Shown: piece after piece, positions 1 to 11,816 of the stretch | Numbering within the stretch: position 1 is the stretch's first letter | Layout of the letters: each line of letters opens with the position of its first letter | Source of the DNA: an uncultured bacterium | Lineage (GTDB): Bacteria; Actinomycetota; Acidimicrobiia; Spongiisociales; ZC4RG35 | Length of the DNA: 64,000 bases | Assembly: GCA_963792365.1 (NCBI GenBank) | Contig: CAWBVW010000004.1 | Span: forward strand, 132,183-196,182 | Direction of reading: 5' to 3' | Position numbers and translations under genes: made by a program | Notes under the pieces: generated by a model | What the model was told of the DNA's origin: nothing | Database searches by the model: none | Seen by the model: the letters and a program-made list of their open reading frames with translations, nothing else

Positions 1-1022
1 TATTGGTCCCCGAGGACAAGTTCGAGTGCGCCCGTCGGCCATGCCGCAACCCCAATCGCGGCAGGCAGCGAGATGCCCAGGACCACTCGGCGAGCTTGCA
101 CGACGATCAGGTGCGCGGCCGTCCACCCGGACGCAACAACGAGCCGCGGGTAAACGACGGTGTTGACGGCGATGGCTGTGAAGATGATCGCGCGGCCGAA
201 CAGGCTCGCTCCTGCGTATAGGCCCGCATCACTAGGCGAGTACAAACCCTTCACCAGAGATACATCTGCTAGTGAGGCGAACCCCACTGCAGCGGAGTAG
301 CTCACCGCGGCGACCACCCACGCACGGTGGCCAGTGACCCAAGCGAGTCCGCTCCGCAGACTCGCCAACGCGGAGCCACGCTGCGCCGACAGACCCTGCC
401 ACGCAATCAGGACGCTGGGAAGCACAGCCACCGCAAGTGCAGCGAATAGGATCGCTGGACTTCGTGTCCATATGAGCGCAACGAGCGCACCGAGCCGAAG
501 AGCCGAATGCGCTACTGAGAGCCAAGCGATTCGATCGATCCTGTTCGTCCCCTGCAGCACCCCCAGGGCACTTGCCCAGGGGACGAGCATCAAGGCAAAC
601 GCCCCGCCGGCCAGGACGGGCGCAGTAGATGGGAGTTGCATCCAGTTGGCGAGACTCCGGGCGCTCAAGAGGAGCCCCACGGCTCCGAGCGCACTGACTG
701 CCAGCGCACACCAAGCCACAATGGAGACCAGCCTCGCAAGCCGCTCGGCATCCGAGCGAGCGGCCTCTGCGGCTACAGCCGCCTGGAGAGCGCCGAGAAG
801 CGCCCCAAATATCGCCGCAATGTTGAATACCGCCGCGAACTCTCCGTATGCCGGGGGGTTCAAGGACCGCGCAACGACGGTTGGATATAGATACAGCAGC
901 GCATTGGCCATCCCCGTGATGACCATGAATCGAAGTGCAAGAAGGGGAAGGCGCGAGCGGAGATCCTGCAGTCTCCCATGGGATCCGGACGGCGTCTCAT
1001 CGACGACGCCGCTGCCAATCAT
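1..1022 (-). CDS. Wzx/MATE-like oligosaccharide flippase (partial, runs off the left edge)
   Basis: Not in the ORF track because no stop falls in the window. Manual translation from ATG 1022: MIGSGVVDE...LALRFMVITGMANALLYLYPTVVARSLNPPAYGEFAAVFNIAAIFG...DAGLYAGASLFGRAIIF...LELVLGDQ. Many hydrophobic helices and flippase-like ARxLxPxxYG and AGLY motifs. TGATG overlap with the GT2 stop. Confidence 0.75.
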   Translation of the reverse strand, partial: MIGSGVVDETPSGSHGRLQDLRSRLPLLALRFMVITGMANALLYLYPTVVARSLNPPAYGEFAAVFNIAAIFGALLGALQAAVAAEAARSDAERLARLVSIVAWCALAVSALGAVGLLLSARSLANWMQLPSTAPVLAGGAFALMLVPWASALGVLQGTNRIDRIAWLSVAHSALRLGALVALIWTRSPAILFAALAVAVLPSVLIAWQGLSAQRGSALASLRSGLAWVTGHRAWVVAAVSYSAAVGFASLADVSLVKGLYSPSDAGLYAGASLFGRAIIFTAIAVNTVVYPRLVVASGWTAAHLIVVQARRVVLGISLPAAIGVAAWPTGALELVLGDQ

Positions 1023-1864
1023 CACATCTCCCCTGTCTGCTCAACTTGCAGGAGTTCAGGCGGCGGTGACACGCCGAGTTCGATCCGCATTGTTTGCCGG
1101 TCGGCCACTCCATCTTCGAGATCCAACCGAATAGCTTTCGACGGTCGGCCCGTCCGAAATGCGGACTCGACTCGGAGGCGAACGATGAGGACTGTCATGC
1201 GGAGTCCTAGCGCGACAGCCTTGCCGAGGTGACCCGTGACTGACGATGTTCCTACACGCTCCATGTAGTTCACCGGAACCTCGACGAACCGAGCACCTGC
1301 GAGGATCGTCCGGATCATCAATTCTGGACCCAATTGACTCCCTCCAACGGTCAGTTGTGGCAGAACGCGATTGACAACCTCCCTCCGCAACAACCGGTAT
1401 GTGCATCCCACGTCGCTGAGGTGGCCGCACCGAAACAGCAGCATCATGAGCTTCGCGACTAGAGCGTTTCCGACTCGGAGCAGCCATCCCATGTTGGCGC
1501 CATGCCAGATCAGGCTCCGGTGTGTTCGCGTTCCGAAGACGGCATCGCACTCGCTGCTGTATGCAAGGAGTTTCACCACATCTGCTGGACGGAACGTACC
1601 GTCAGGCTCCGCTAGCACGATGAGATCACCGGTTGCCTCCGACAGCCCTCGTCGCGTGGCATAGCCGTAGCCCTGGCGTGGCTCAAAGACCTCACGAGCA
1701 TTGGTTGCCTGAACGGCCTCGGAAGTCCCACGCTCGGCGTTGTTGTTGACGACCACGACCTCATCAACGACGCCAGTCGCGTGGAAGCCCTCAATCACCG
1801 ACCTGATGGAGTCTCGCTCGGCATAGGTCATCAGAACGACAGAGACCGACTTGCCTCCCCACAT
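1022..1864 (-). CDS. Glycosyltransferase family 2 (DPM1/polyprenol-phosphate glycosyltransferase-like)
   Basis: VSVVLMTYAE, EVVVVNNNAERGT, GYGYATRRG, EPDGT (DxD-like), DVGCTYRL and EVPVNY motifs; RBS GGAGG upstream. Confidence 0.88.
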   Translation of the reverse strand: MWGGKSVSVVLMTYAERDSIRSVIEGFHATGVVDEVVVVNNNAERGTSEAVQATNAREVFEPRQGYGYATRRGLSEATGDLIVLAEPDGTFRPADVVKLLAYSSECDAVFGTRTHRSLIWHGANMGWLLRVGNALVAKLMMLLFRCGHLSDVGCTYRLLRREVVNRVLPQLTVGGSQLGPELMIRTILAGARFVEVPVNYMERVGTSSVTGHLGKAVALGLRMTVLIVRLRVESAFRTGRPSKAIRLDLEDGVADRQTMRIELGVSPPPELLQVEQTGEM

Positions 1865-2128
1865 CCTCCTGCCTCCCCTCGACGTGGCACGTATCCCGGC
1901 GCGGGAGCCCAGGTAGCCGGAACCACGAGAAGGTAGCGGATCAACGCCCCTTCAGCGGCCGCCCAGACGCAAGCCGCGCCTGTTGAGCACCGTAACCCTC
2001 AGAGTCGATCGGTCAATGGGGCGCCGGCCCCACACGCCAATCTGAACACAACTGGATCCCAGCGACGAATACGGTGCCCGCTGAACGTTGAGTCAGCCGC
2101 CGTCGGACAGAGCCACTTCCGGACATCT

Positions 2129-2845
2129 TCAGCCTGCGTCGAGCTGAAGGCCGCGCAGCGCGATCTCGACCATCTCGTCGAAGGTGCGTTCCCGCTCGTC
2201 CGAGCTGGTGGCGGCGCCGGTGCGGACGTGGTCCGAGACCGTGACGATCGTCAGGGCTCGAGCGCCGAACTCGGCGGCCAGACCGTAGAGCCCGGCGGCC
2301 TCCATCTCGACTGCGAGGACGCCCATCTTCTCCATCACGTCGAAGGCATCCGGCGTCGGGTTGTAGAACAAATCGGCGGAATGGACGTTGCCGACACGGA
2401 CGGAAACCCCTGCCTCTCGGGCAGCCTGGACGGCTGAGGCAGCCAGTTCGAAGTCGGCGACGGCAGCGAAGTCCCAGTCGTGGTAACGGGTGCGGTTCAC
2501 CGCCGAATCGGTGCAGGCCCCGGTGGCAACGATCACGTCACGGAGCTCGACCTCGGGCGCGATGCCGCCGCACGAGCCCACTCGCACCAACTTCTTGACC
2601 CCGTATTCGGTCACCAGCTCCTTGCCGTAGATCGACGCCGATGGAATACCCATTCCCGTCCCCATCACCGATACCGGCATGCCCTTCCACGACCCGGTGA
2701 AGCCGAGCATGTTCCGAACCGCCGTCACCTGACGGGCTTCGTCGAAGAACTTGTCGGCGATGTACTTGGCTCGCAGCGGGTCACCGGGGAGCAGGATGGC
2801 CTCGGCGAAGTCACCGGGCTCGGCGGAGATGTGCGGTGTGGGCAT
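2129..2845 (-). CDS. deoD: Purine nucleoside phosphorylase DeoD
   Basis: [65 protein letters not shown]. It is the 3' part of ORF 2129..4357; the true start is ATG 2845. Confidence 0.96.
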   Translation of the reverse strand: MPTPHISAEPGDFAEAILLPGDPLRAKYIADKFFDEARQVTAVRNMLGFTGSWKGMPVSVMGTGMGIPSASIYGKELVTEYGVKKLVRVGSCGGIAPEVELRDVIVATGACTDSAVNRTRYHDWDFAAVADFELAASAVQAAREAGVSVRVGNVHSADLFYNPTPDAFDVMEKMGVLAVEMEAAGLYGLAAEFGARALTIVTVSDHVRTGAATSSDERERTFDEMVEIALRGLQLDAG

Positions 2846-3097
2846 GTAGACCTCGAAGGTGGGCTGGCCCAGACGGTAGTCCCTGTGGGGCCCCCGATCG
2901 CTCTGACGTTCCGTCTCCCCAGCTCGTCCCGGTCGACCCCTCCACATGTCTAGCCCTTCCGTGCGGATCGCCAATGGCCTGGCAAATGACGCAAATCCGT
3001 CGATACGCTTGGCCGCAGGGAGCGGGAGGTTTCGAACGTGGGAAGTGGTGTCGCCGATCGGCATGGCGCCGTCGCGGGCAAGATGGCCGGGACGACG

Positions 3098-6000
3098 ATG
3101 ACAGGGATCCGTAATCCGATCACGACGACGCTCGTCGTGCTCGCCGTGATCGCGCAGCCGCTGCTCCTGCCGGCGCCGGCGATGGCGGTCGACGACAGCG
3201 GCTACGCCACCCGTGGTTACGAACGGCTCGACGGCGACTACGTGCTGATGGCGGTGGAAGAGGCCAAGCAGGGCGGCGCCGATCTCAACGGCGATGGCGA
3301 CGCAGTCGATGACGTCCTCCACGTGTGGAATCGGGTCAACGGCACTGTCCAAAACCTGGGCGTGGCCGTCGAAGCCCAGAACGGCGCATACTCGTACAAC
3401 GGGATCTTCGAGAACTGGAACGTCGCGTTCGAGGACGGCATCGCTGCGTTCCTCGTCACCGAGACCGAACAGGGTGCCACCGACCTCAACGGTGACGGCG
3501 ACACGATCGACAACGTCCTCCACGTGTGGCAGGTCGGTGACGCCGCCCCCACCAACCTCCAGGTGGCACTGTCGGACGCGCTCGCGGATACGACGCCAAT
3601 CACCATCAGCAACGGAACCGTGGTGTTTGGCGTGGAAGAGGTGGCTCAGGGCAACACCGACATCGACGGAGACGGACTGGTGACCGACTCGGTGATCCAT
3701 TCGTGGGATCCCACGAACGGGCTCCAGAGCCTCGGGTACCGATCGCCCTATGGCCAGCTGTACCCGGTGCGGGCAGAAGGAAGCCAGTTCATCTTCCCGA
3801 CCAAAGAGACGAACGGCTTCAGCGACTACAACGGCGACGGCGACAGCCTCGACGAGATCATCTTCATGTGGGATTCGGCCACAGGAGACATCTTCAACTC
3901 CAACCTCTCCATCCAGAACTCGACGGACTACCGCATCGGCGGGGGTCTCGTCTTCATCCCGGCCTACGAAGAAGACTCGGCCACGGACTTCAACAGTGAT
4001 GGCGACTTCTTCGACTTCGTGCCCCACCTGTGGGACCCGTCCGCCGGAAACGCCACCAACTCGGCGATCGGCACCAGCGGCGGCTGGGTCGACTCGCTGG
4101 GGGATGGATCGTTCACCTTCCTCGTCCGCGAGCTCGCCGACGACAACACCGACCTCAACGGCGACGGCGACACGAGCGACTACGTGGTTCACGTCTGGCC
4201 GGCAGGCGACTCCGCTCCCACCAACCTGGGGTTGGCGGCATCCCTGGTCGGCGAACACGCCGCTGGTGACGGGCTCGCCGTGTTCACCGTCGACGAATCG
4301 GCCCAGAACAACACCGACCTCAACGCCGACACCGACACCCTCGACGAGGTGGTCCACGCGTGGAACGTCGGCGAGGGCACTCGCAACCTCGGCGTCACCG
4401 GCATCGCCACCTGGCCTGCGGCCATCACCGGTACCGCTGCTGCCTTCACCGTCAGGGAGACCGAGCAGGGATCAACCGACCTGAACGGAGACGGCGACAC
4501 CGCCGACTGGGTGGTGCACCTGTGGGACGAGTCCACCAATACCCTCGACAATCTCGGGCTGGCCGTCGCAGAGTCCTCGGCACCGATCTTCGCAAGCGAC
4601 GGGACGGTGGCGTTCCTGGTGAGTGAAGCAAACCAGGGCAACGACCTCAACGGCGACGGCTTCACCCTCGGACTCGTCCCCCACCGCATCGACACCGCAG
4701 GGACGGTGACGATCGCCCCCGACGCAGGAGTGGTCACCCCGATGGTTGCGTTCGGGGACACCCTGGCGTACCGCATCCAGGAGAACTTCGTCTTGGCCGA
4801 CCTGAACGGCGACGGCGACCAGGTCGACCTGGTGCTGGTAGCCGACGCCCCCAACCAGGCCCCCATCGCCGAGGCGGGCGGCCCCTATGAGGTAGCGGAA
4901 GGCTCGGGCGTGCAACTCGACGGCTCGGCCTCGTGGGATCCCGACGGCACCCTCGTCTCCTACCAGTGGAGCCCAGCCGACGATCTCGACGACGCCACCA
5001 TCGTCCAGCCGACGTTCACCGCCGTCGACGATGGCGACACCCCATATGCGCTGACGGTCACCGACGACGACGGCGCCATCGCCTCGGATCTCACCACGGT
5101 CACCGTGACCAACGTCGACCCGACGGTCGAGGCCGGCGCCGATCAGACGACGACCGCCGGCGGGGCCGTGTCGCTGGCACCGGCGACGTTCACCGACCCG
5201 GGCACGGCGGACACCCACAATGCAACAATCGACTGGGGCGACGGCACCGTGGACGGCGGAACCGTCGACCAGTCCTCGGGCACGGTATCGGGGTCGCACA
5301 CGTATCTCTCCGACGGCGCGTTCACCGTCACTGTCACTGTCACCGACGACGACGGCGGCGTCGGCACCGACACGATGACGGTCACCGTGGAGCCGGCGAT
5401 CGTCGCAACCGGCACCCTCGTCTTCTCTGGCCAACTCGACCCGGGCGGCGTGGGCCTGTTCCTATACGACATCGACACCGGTGTCGAAACGCGCATCCCC
5501 GGGACCGATGGCGGCAACTATCCCGAGTGGTCGCCCGACGCCACCACCATTGCCTACTCCGCCGGCCGGTCCGTGCAGGTCGTCGACCCGGCAACGGGCG
5601 ACATCACGGTCGTCGTGCCCGACACGGCGGGTCTGTTCCCAACCCGGGTGGCGTGGTCGCCCGACGGCCAGTGGATCGCCTTCGATGCCTCCGACGACAT
5701 CTGGGTGGCACCGTCGGACGGGTCGGCTGCCCCGACGCAGCTGACCTCAGGCTCTTCGGCCGACACCAACCCTGCATGGTCGGCCGACGGCCGCCTCGCC
5801 TTCCGTCGCAACGATGCGCAGCGAGTGTGGGTCGGGACCTTCAACCCGACCACGGTGGCACTCGACGGGCTGGCAGGCCTTCCCAATTCGACCAGCATCT
5901 TCTCCCAGCAGCGCGAGATGGACTGGTCGCCCGACTCGTCGACCATCGTGCTGGGCGCCGCCTTCAACTCGGCGTCCGACGATGAGCTCTTCCTGCTGCC

Positions 6001-9000
6001 CACCGATGGGACGACTACGCCCACCCAGCTCACGACGCTCGCCGGTGACGACACCGCCCCTGCCTTCAGTCCCGACGGCCAGCTCATCGTGTTCATGTCA
6101 GACCGGGCAGGCGGACGCGACCTGTATGTGATGCCCGCTGTCGGCGACGCAGGCGGTGGCACGCTGCTCTACGACCGACCCGACTTCGACGTCTACTCCG
6201 TGGACTGGGCCGACGACGTGGCACCGGTCGACTCCGACGGCGACGGGCTCACGGATGCCGAGGAAGCGGCACTGGGGACCGACCCCAACAACCCCGACAC
6301 CGACGGCGACGGACTCTCCGACGGAGACGAAGTCCTGGTGCACGACACCGACCCGTTGGACGCCGACACCGACGGCGACGGGTTGTCCGACGGAGACGAG
6401 ATCACCATCTACTCGTGCAACCCGCTCGACGCCGACACCGACGCCGATGGTCTGTCCGACGGCGACGAAGTCACCATCCACCTGACCGACCCGGCCAACT
6501 CCGACTCTGACAACGACGGGCTCTCCGACGGCGACGAGATCAACACGTACGGAACCGACCCGCTCAACGGCGACTCCGACAACGACGGGCTCTCCGACGG
6601 CGACGAAGTCCTGGTGCACGGCACGAACCCGCTCAACGGCGACTCCGACAACGACGGGCTCTCCGACGGCGACGAGATCAACACGTACGGAACCGACCCG
6701 CTGACCGGCGACTCCGACAACGACGGACTCTCCGACGGCGAGGAAGTCAACACGTACGGAACCGACCCGCTGACCGGCGACTCCGACAACGACGGATTGT
6801 CCGACGGCGACGAAGTGACCGTCCATGGCACCGACCCACTCGATGCCGACAGCGACGACGACGGCGTCACCGATGGAGCCGAGATCGCGCATGGGTGCAA
6901 CCCGTTGAACCCCGACACCGACGGCGACGGCCTCACCGATGGTGAAGAGGTCAACATCTATGGCACCAATCCGCTCGTCGCAGACACCGACGGCGACGGT
7001 GTGAACGACGGCGACGAGGTGGCGGCAGGCACCGATCCCACCAGCGGCGACACCGACAACGACGGGCTCAGCGACGCCGAAGAGGCGGCGCTGGGCACCG
7101 ACCCGCTGAGCGCGGACTCCGACGGTGACGGCCTCACCGATGGAGAGGAAGTCAACACGCTTCTGACCGATCCGCTAAGTGCAGACAGCGACGGCGACGG
7201 GCTCTCCGACGGCGAAGAAGTCAACACCTACCTCACGGATCCGCTGAACGCGGACACCGACGGCGACGGACTGAGCGACGGGGACGAGGTGCTGCTGCAC
7301 GGCACCGACCCAACCACCGCCGACACCGACGGCGACGGTCTGAACGACGGCGACGAGATCAACACGTATCTGACCGATCCACTGAACGCCGACAGCGACG
7401 GGGACGGGCTGACCGACGGCGACGAGGTCAACACCCACGGAACCGATCCGCTCGTGGTCGACACCGACGGCGACGGACTGTCAGACGGCGACGAAGTCCT
7501 CGTGCACGGAACCGACCCGCTGGCTGCCGACTCCGATGGCGATGGGCTGACCGACGGCGACGAGGTCAACGTCCATCTGACCGACCCACTGAGTTCCGAC
7601 AGCGACGGGGACGGACTCACCGACGGCGAGGAGGTCAACACGTATGTGACCGACCCACTGGCGGCCGACTCAGACGGGGACGGCCTGAGCGACGGCGAGG
7701 AAGTGGCGGCCGGGACCGACCCGAACGACGCCGACTCGGACGGCGACGGTTTGAACGACGGCGACGAGGTCAACACGTATCTGACCGATCCACTGAACGC
7801 CGACAGCGACGGGGACGGGCTCACTGACGGCGACGAGGTCAACGTCCATCTGACCGACCCACTGAGTTTCGACAGCGACGGTGACGGACTCACCGACGGC
7901 GACGAGGTGCTCGTGCACGGCACCGACCCGCTGGTTGCAGACACGGACGGGGACGGGCTCACCGACGGTGACGAAGTACTGGTGCACGGTACCGATCCGA
8001 ACGACGCCGACTCCGACGGTGACGGGCTCACCGACGGCGACGAGGTCAACACCTATAGCACCGACCCGCTGAACCCGGACACCGACGGCGACGGCGCCAA
8101 CGACGGCGACGAGGTGACGGCCGGCACCGACCCGTTGGTCCCGGACCAGGGCGGGGTCGCGTGGGCAGTCGGTTACGACGGCAACGGGCAGCTGGGCGTG
8201 GGCTTCGATCTCCTCGATTCGTCCCCGGACACGGCCCTTGTCTCCGACATCGTCCAGGTCGCGGCCGGTGCCAATCACTCACTGGCAGTCGACAGCACCG
8301 GCACCGTCTGGGCCTGGGGATACAACGGACAAGGCCAGCTCGGCACCGGGTCAACCGAATACCGACAATTCACCCCGACCGAAGTCGAAGGGCTAACCGA
8401 CATCACCCAGATCGCCGCCGGCAGCTATCACTCGCTTGCGGTCGACGCCAACGGCACCGTCTGGGCCTGGGGATACAACTACCAAGGCCAACTCGGATTC
8501 GAGCCAACCTCCTCCTCGTACATCCAGACGACCCCCGTCGAAGTCGGCGGACTCACCGACATCACCCAGGTTTCCGCCGGCAGCTATCACTCGCTTGCGA
8601 TCGACACCAACGGCACCGTCTGGGCCTGGGGATACAACTACCAAGGCCAACTCGGCACCGGGTCAACCGAATACCGACAATCCACCCCGACCGAAGTCGA
8701 CGGGCTCACCGACATCACCCAGATCGCCGCCGGCAGCAACCACTCACTCGCAGTCGACGCCAACGGCACCGTCTGGGCCTGGGGATACAACTACCAAGGC
8801 CAACTCGGATTCGAATCCACCTCATATCCCTACATCCAGACGACCCCCGTCGAAGTCGACGGACTCACCGACATCACCCAGGTTTCCGCCGGCAGCTATC
8901 ACTCGCTTGCGGTCGACGCCAACGGCACCGTCTGGGCCTGGGGATACAACTACCAAGGCCAACTCGGCACCGGGTCAACCGAATACCGACAATCCACCCC

Positions 9001-11786
9001 GGTCGAAGTCGACGGGCTCACCGACATCACCCAGATCGCCGCCGGTGGCAACCACTCACTGGCAGTGGACGTCAACGGCGGCGTCTGGGCCTGGGGATAC
9101 AACTACCAAGGCCAACTCGGATTCGAATCCACCTCATATCCCTACATCCAGACGACCCCCGTCGAAGTCGACGGACTCACCGACATCACCCAGGTTTCCG
9201 CCGGCAGCTATCACTCGCTGGCGGTCGACGCCAACGGCACCGTCTGGGCCTGGGGCGCAAACTGGAGCGGCCAATTGGGCCGAGGGGGCCAACTCCAGCG
9301 GTCGAACCCGGTTCAGCCCACCGGGCTGCCCGACATCGCCCAGGTATCTGCCGGCGGCAGCCACTCGCTGGCCGTCGACACCACCGGCGCCGTCTGGGCC
9401 TGGGGATATGGCTACTACGGCCAACTCGGATTCGAGCCAAGCTCCTCCTCGTACATCCAGTCGACACCGGTCGAAGTCGACGGACTCACCGACATCACCC
9501 AGGTTTCCGCCGGCAGCTATCACTCGCTGGCGGTCGACACCAACGGCACCGTCTGGGCCTGGGGATACAACGGACAAGGCCAACTCGGCATCGGAGTCAA
9601 CCTCCTACCGACAATCCAGTCGACACCGATCGAAGTCGACGGACTCACCGACATCACCCAGATCGCCGCCGGCAGCTACCACTCGCTCGCCGTCGACACC
9701 AACGGCACCGTCTGGGCATGGGGATACGAACTGGTACGGCCAACTCGGATTCGAGCCAACCTCCTCCTCGTACATCCAGTCGACACCGGTCGAAGTCGAC
9801 GGACTCACCGACATCACCCAGATCGCCGCCGGCAGCTATCACTCGCTCGCGGTCGACACCAACGGCACCGTCTGGGCCTGGGGATACAACGGACAAGGTC
9901 AGCTCGGATTCGAGCCAACCTCCTCCTCGTACATCCAGTCGACACCGGTCGAAGTCGACGGACTCACCGACATCACCCAGATCGCCGCCGGCGGCTACCA
10001 CTCGCTCGCCGTCGACACCAACGGCGCCGTCTGGGCATGGGGCGCGAACTGGTACGGCCAACTCGGCCTTCGATCCACGTCGAGCACGACCGAGCCGACC
10101 CCGACCCAGGTGGCCGAACTCACAGATATCGTCAAGATCGCCGCCGGGAATCACCACTCTTTCGCGGTCGACACCAACGGCGCCCTCTGGGCATGGGGCG
10201 CAAACTGGAATGGTCAGCTCGCCGATGGCACCCGGGCGGGTCGAAGCGTCCCGATCCGCATCAACGCTCTGTCGGGGGTGTCGTCGATCTCGGGCGGGTA
10301 CAACCACTCGCTGTTCGTCGGGAACGGGGTGGTGACGCCGATTGCGTTCGACACCGTCTCCCAGACCGTCGCTGCCGGTGGGATCGTCAGTTCCGACGTC
10401 GACGGTGACGGAGCCACCGGGGAGGATCCCGTCGACGTGACGGTGGAGACCCCGGTTGCCGGCGACGTAACGATCACCGAGAGTTCGACGGCGTCGGTGT
10501 CACCATCGGGGTACTCGATGTTCGGCTTCACCGTGGCGATCACTGCCCCCACCGCCTCGGCGTCCGATCCGCTGCGGATCACCTTCGAGATCGATCGCTC
10601 GATCCTGCCTGTGGGATTCACGCTGGATTGGGTGAGCATGTTCCGGAACGGGGCAATCGTCAGAGCCTGCTCAGACGACTCCGGGGCGGCCGATCCCGAT
10701 CCGTGCATCGCGTCGGCAACGTTCGACGCCGACGACGACCTGGTGGTCACCGTGCTCACCTCGCAAGCATCCGACTGGGACGCCGGTGTTCTCGAATCAT
10801 TGCTCCCTGTTCCCCTCACAGTCGACGCCGGTGGACCGCACGTGGCGCTCGAAGGCGATCCGCTCATCCTGCCCGCTGCGGCCATCGGAGGCACCGGAGC
10901 AGTGAGCTTCGAATGGACCTCCGATCCGCTGTCGCTGGATGACCCGAACAGTCCGGCGCCGCTCGTCGACACGGGACTGGCCGACGACGGCGTCTACCTG
11001 GTGACCGTGACGGCCACCGACGAAGCCGGAGCGGTCGCCACCGGTGATACGACCGTCGAGATCCTCAACGCGCCGCCACTGCTCGCCGACGTGGAGGGCC
11101 CAGCCGACCCGGTTGCGCTTGACACCGTGGTGTCGGTGTCAGCCGGATTCGTCGATCCCGGAATGCGCGACACTCACACAGCCACAATCGACTGGGGCGA
11201 CGGCATCATCACGCATGCCACGGTGCTCGAGACCGACGGGTCGGGGACGGCATCCGGCGAGCACGCTTACTCGTCTGCCGGGATCTACACGGTCGCCGTG
11301 ACCGTGGTCGACGACGACGGCGGGGAGGCGAGCACCACCTACGAGTACGTGGTCGTGTACGACCCGGCGGCCGGCTTCGTCACCGGTGCCGGCTGGATCA
11401 ACTCGCCGGCCGGTGCCTACGTCCCAGATCCCGGAGTGGCGGGCAAGGCCACGTTCGGGTTCGTCTCGAAGTACAAGAAGGGCAAGAACGTGCCCGACGG
11501 CCAGACCGAGTTCCGCTTCAAGGCCGCCGGACTCGACTTCCACTCGGCGTCGTACGACTGGCTGGTGGTGACCGGCAACGACTATGCCACCTTCAAGGGC
11601 TCGGGAACCGTCAACGGAGAAGGCGGCTACAAGTTCAGAATCTGGGCCGGCGATGGTGATCCCGACACCTTCCGGATCAAGATCTGGGAGGAGGACGACG
11701 CCGGGAACGAGACGGTGATCTACGACAACGGATTCGATCAGGAAATCGGTGGAGGCAGCGTCGTCATCCACAGCAGCCGCAAATGA
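3098..11786 (+). CDS. Giant secreted multi-repeat protein, ~2,900 aa (signal peptide, DxNxDG repeats, PKD-like, PD40/TolB-like propeller, TSP3-like repeats, RCC1 repeats, C-terminal PKD-like and beta-rich domains); one +1 frameshift at ~9728
   Basis: ORF 3038..10408 reads sensibly to ~9727 and ORF 8436..11786 continues the same RCC1 repeat from 9729. Signal peptide [19 protein letters not shown]|VDD; IDWGDG PKD motifs; WSPDG PD40 motifs. Start may be 3083. Confidence 0.85.
3281..4831 (+). repeat. 10 x D(L/I/Y/F)(N/D)xDxD..D.V.H.W repeats about 53 aa apart (calcium-blade-like)
   Basis: Counted in the translation: [32 protein letters not shown] ... [16 protein letters not shown]. Confidence 0.8.
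6230..8145 (+). repeat. 28 tandem 22-23-aa acidic repeats D(S/T)DxDGL(S/T)DG(D/E)E....TDP (bacterial TSP3-like Ca-binding)
   Basis: Counted in the translation; 66-69-bp DNA periodicity. Confidence 0.9.
8156..10320 (+). repeat. 14 RCC1 repeats (about 51-53 aa), many near-identical at DNA level
   Basis: [23 protein letters not shown]...[15 protein letters not shown] units. Equivalent DNA positions 8422, 8581, 8734 and 8893 give alternating 159/153-bp units. Confidence 0.92.
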
Positions 11787-11816
11787 GAGGGGCAAAGCCT
11801 CGCTGACGCCAACGTG

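Noticed and set aside
2975-3010. c-di-GMP-I riboswitch (GGCAAA...GACGCAAA)
   Set aside because: The two motifs are adjacent, with no intervening GNRA hairpin and no second stem.
2846-4357. N-terminal 500 aa of ORF 2129..4357 as a DeoD fusion
   Set aside because: It is the antisense shadow of the giant + strand gene; DeoD starts at ATG 2845.
6230-8145. CRISPR-like 66-69-bp periodicity
   Set aside because: The period is a multiple of three with synonymous variation; it encodes the acidic TSP3-like protein repeat.
8436-9728. Ser/Thr/Pro-rich N-terminus of ORF 8436..11786 and Arg/His-rich tail of ORF 3038..10408
   Set aside because: Both are off-frame readings on either side of the frameshift at 9728.
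8156-10320. Diversity-generating retroelement or CRISPR array in the near-identical repeats
   Set aside because: The repeats are in-frame RCC1 coding units of 153-159 bp. There are no unique spacers, cas genes, reverse transcriptase or separate template repeat, and the differences are not adenine-specific.
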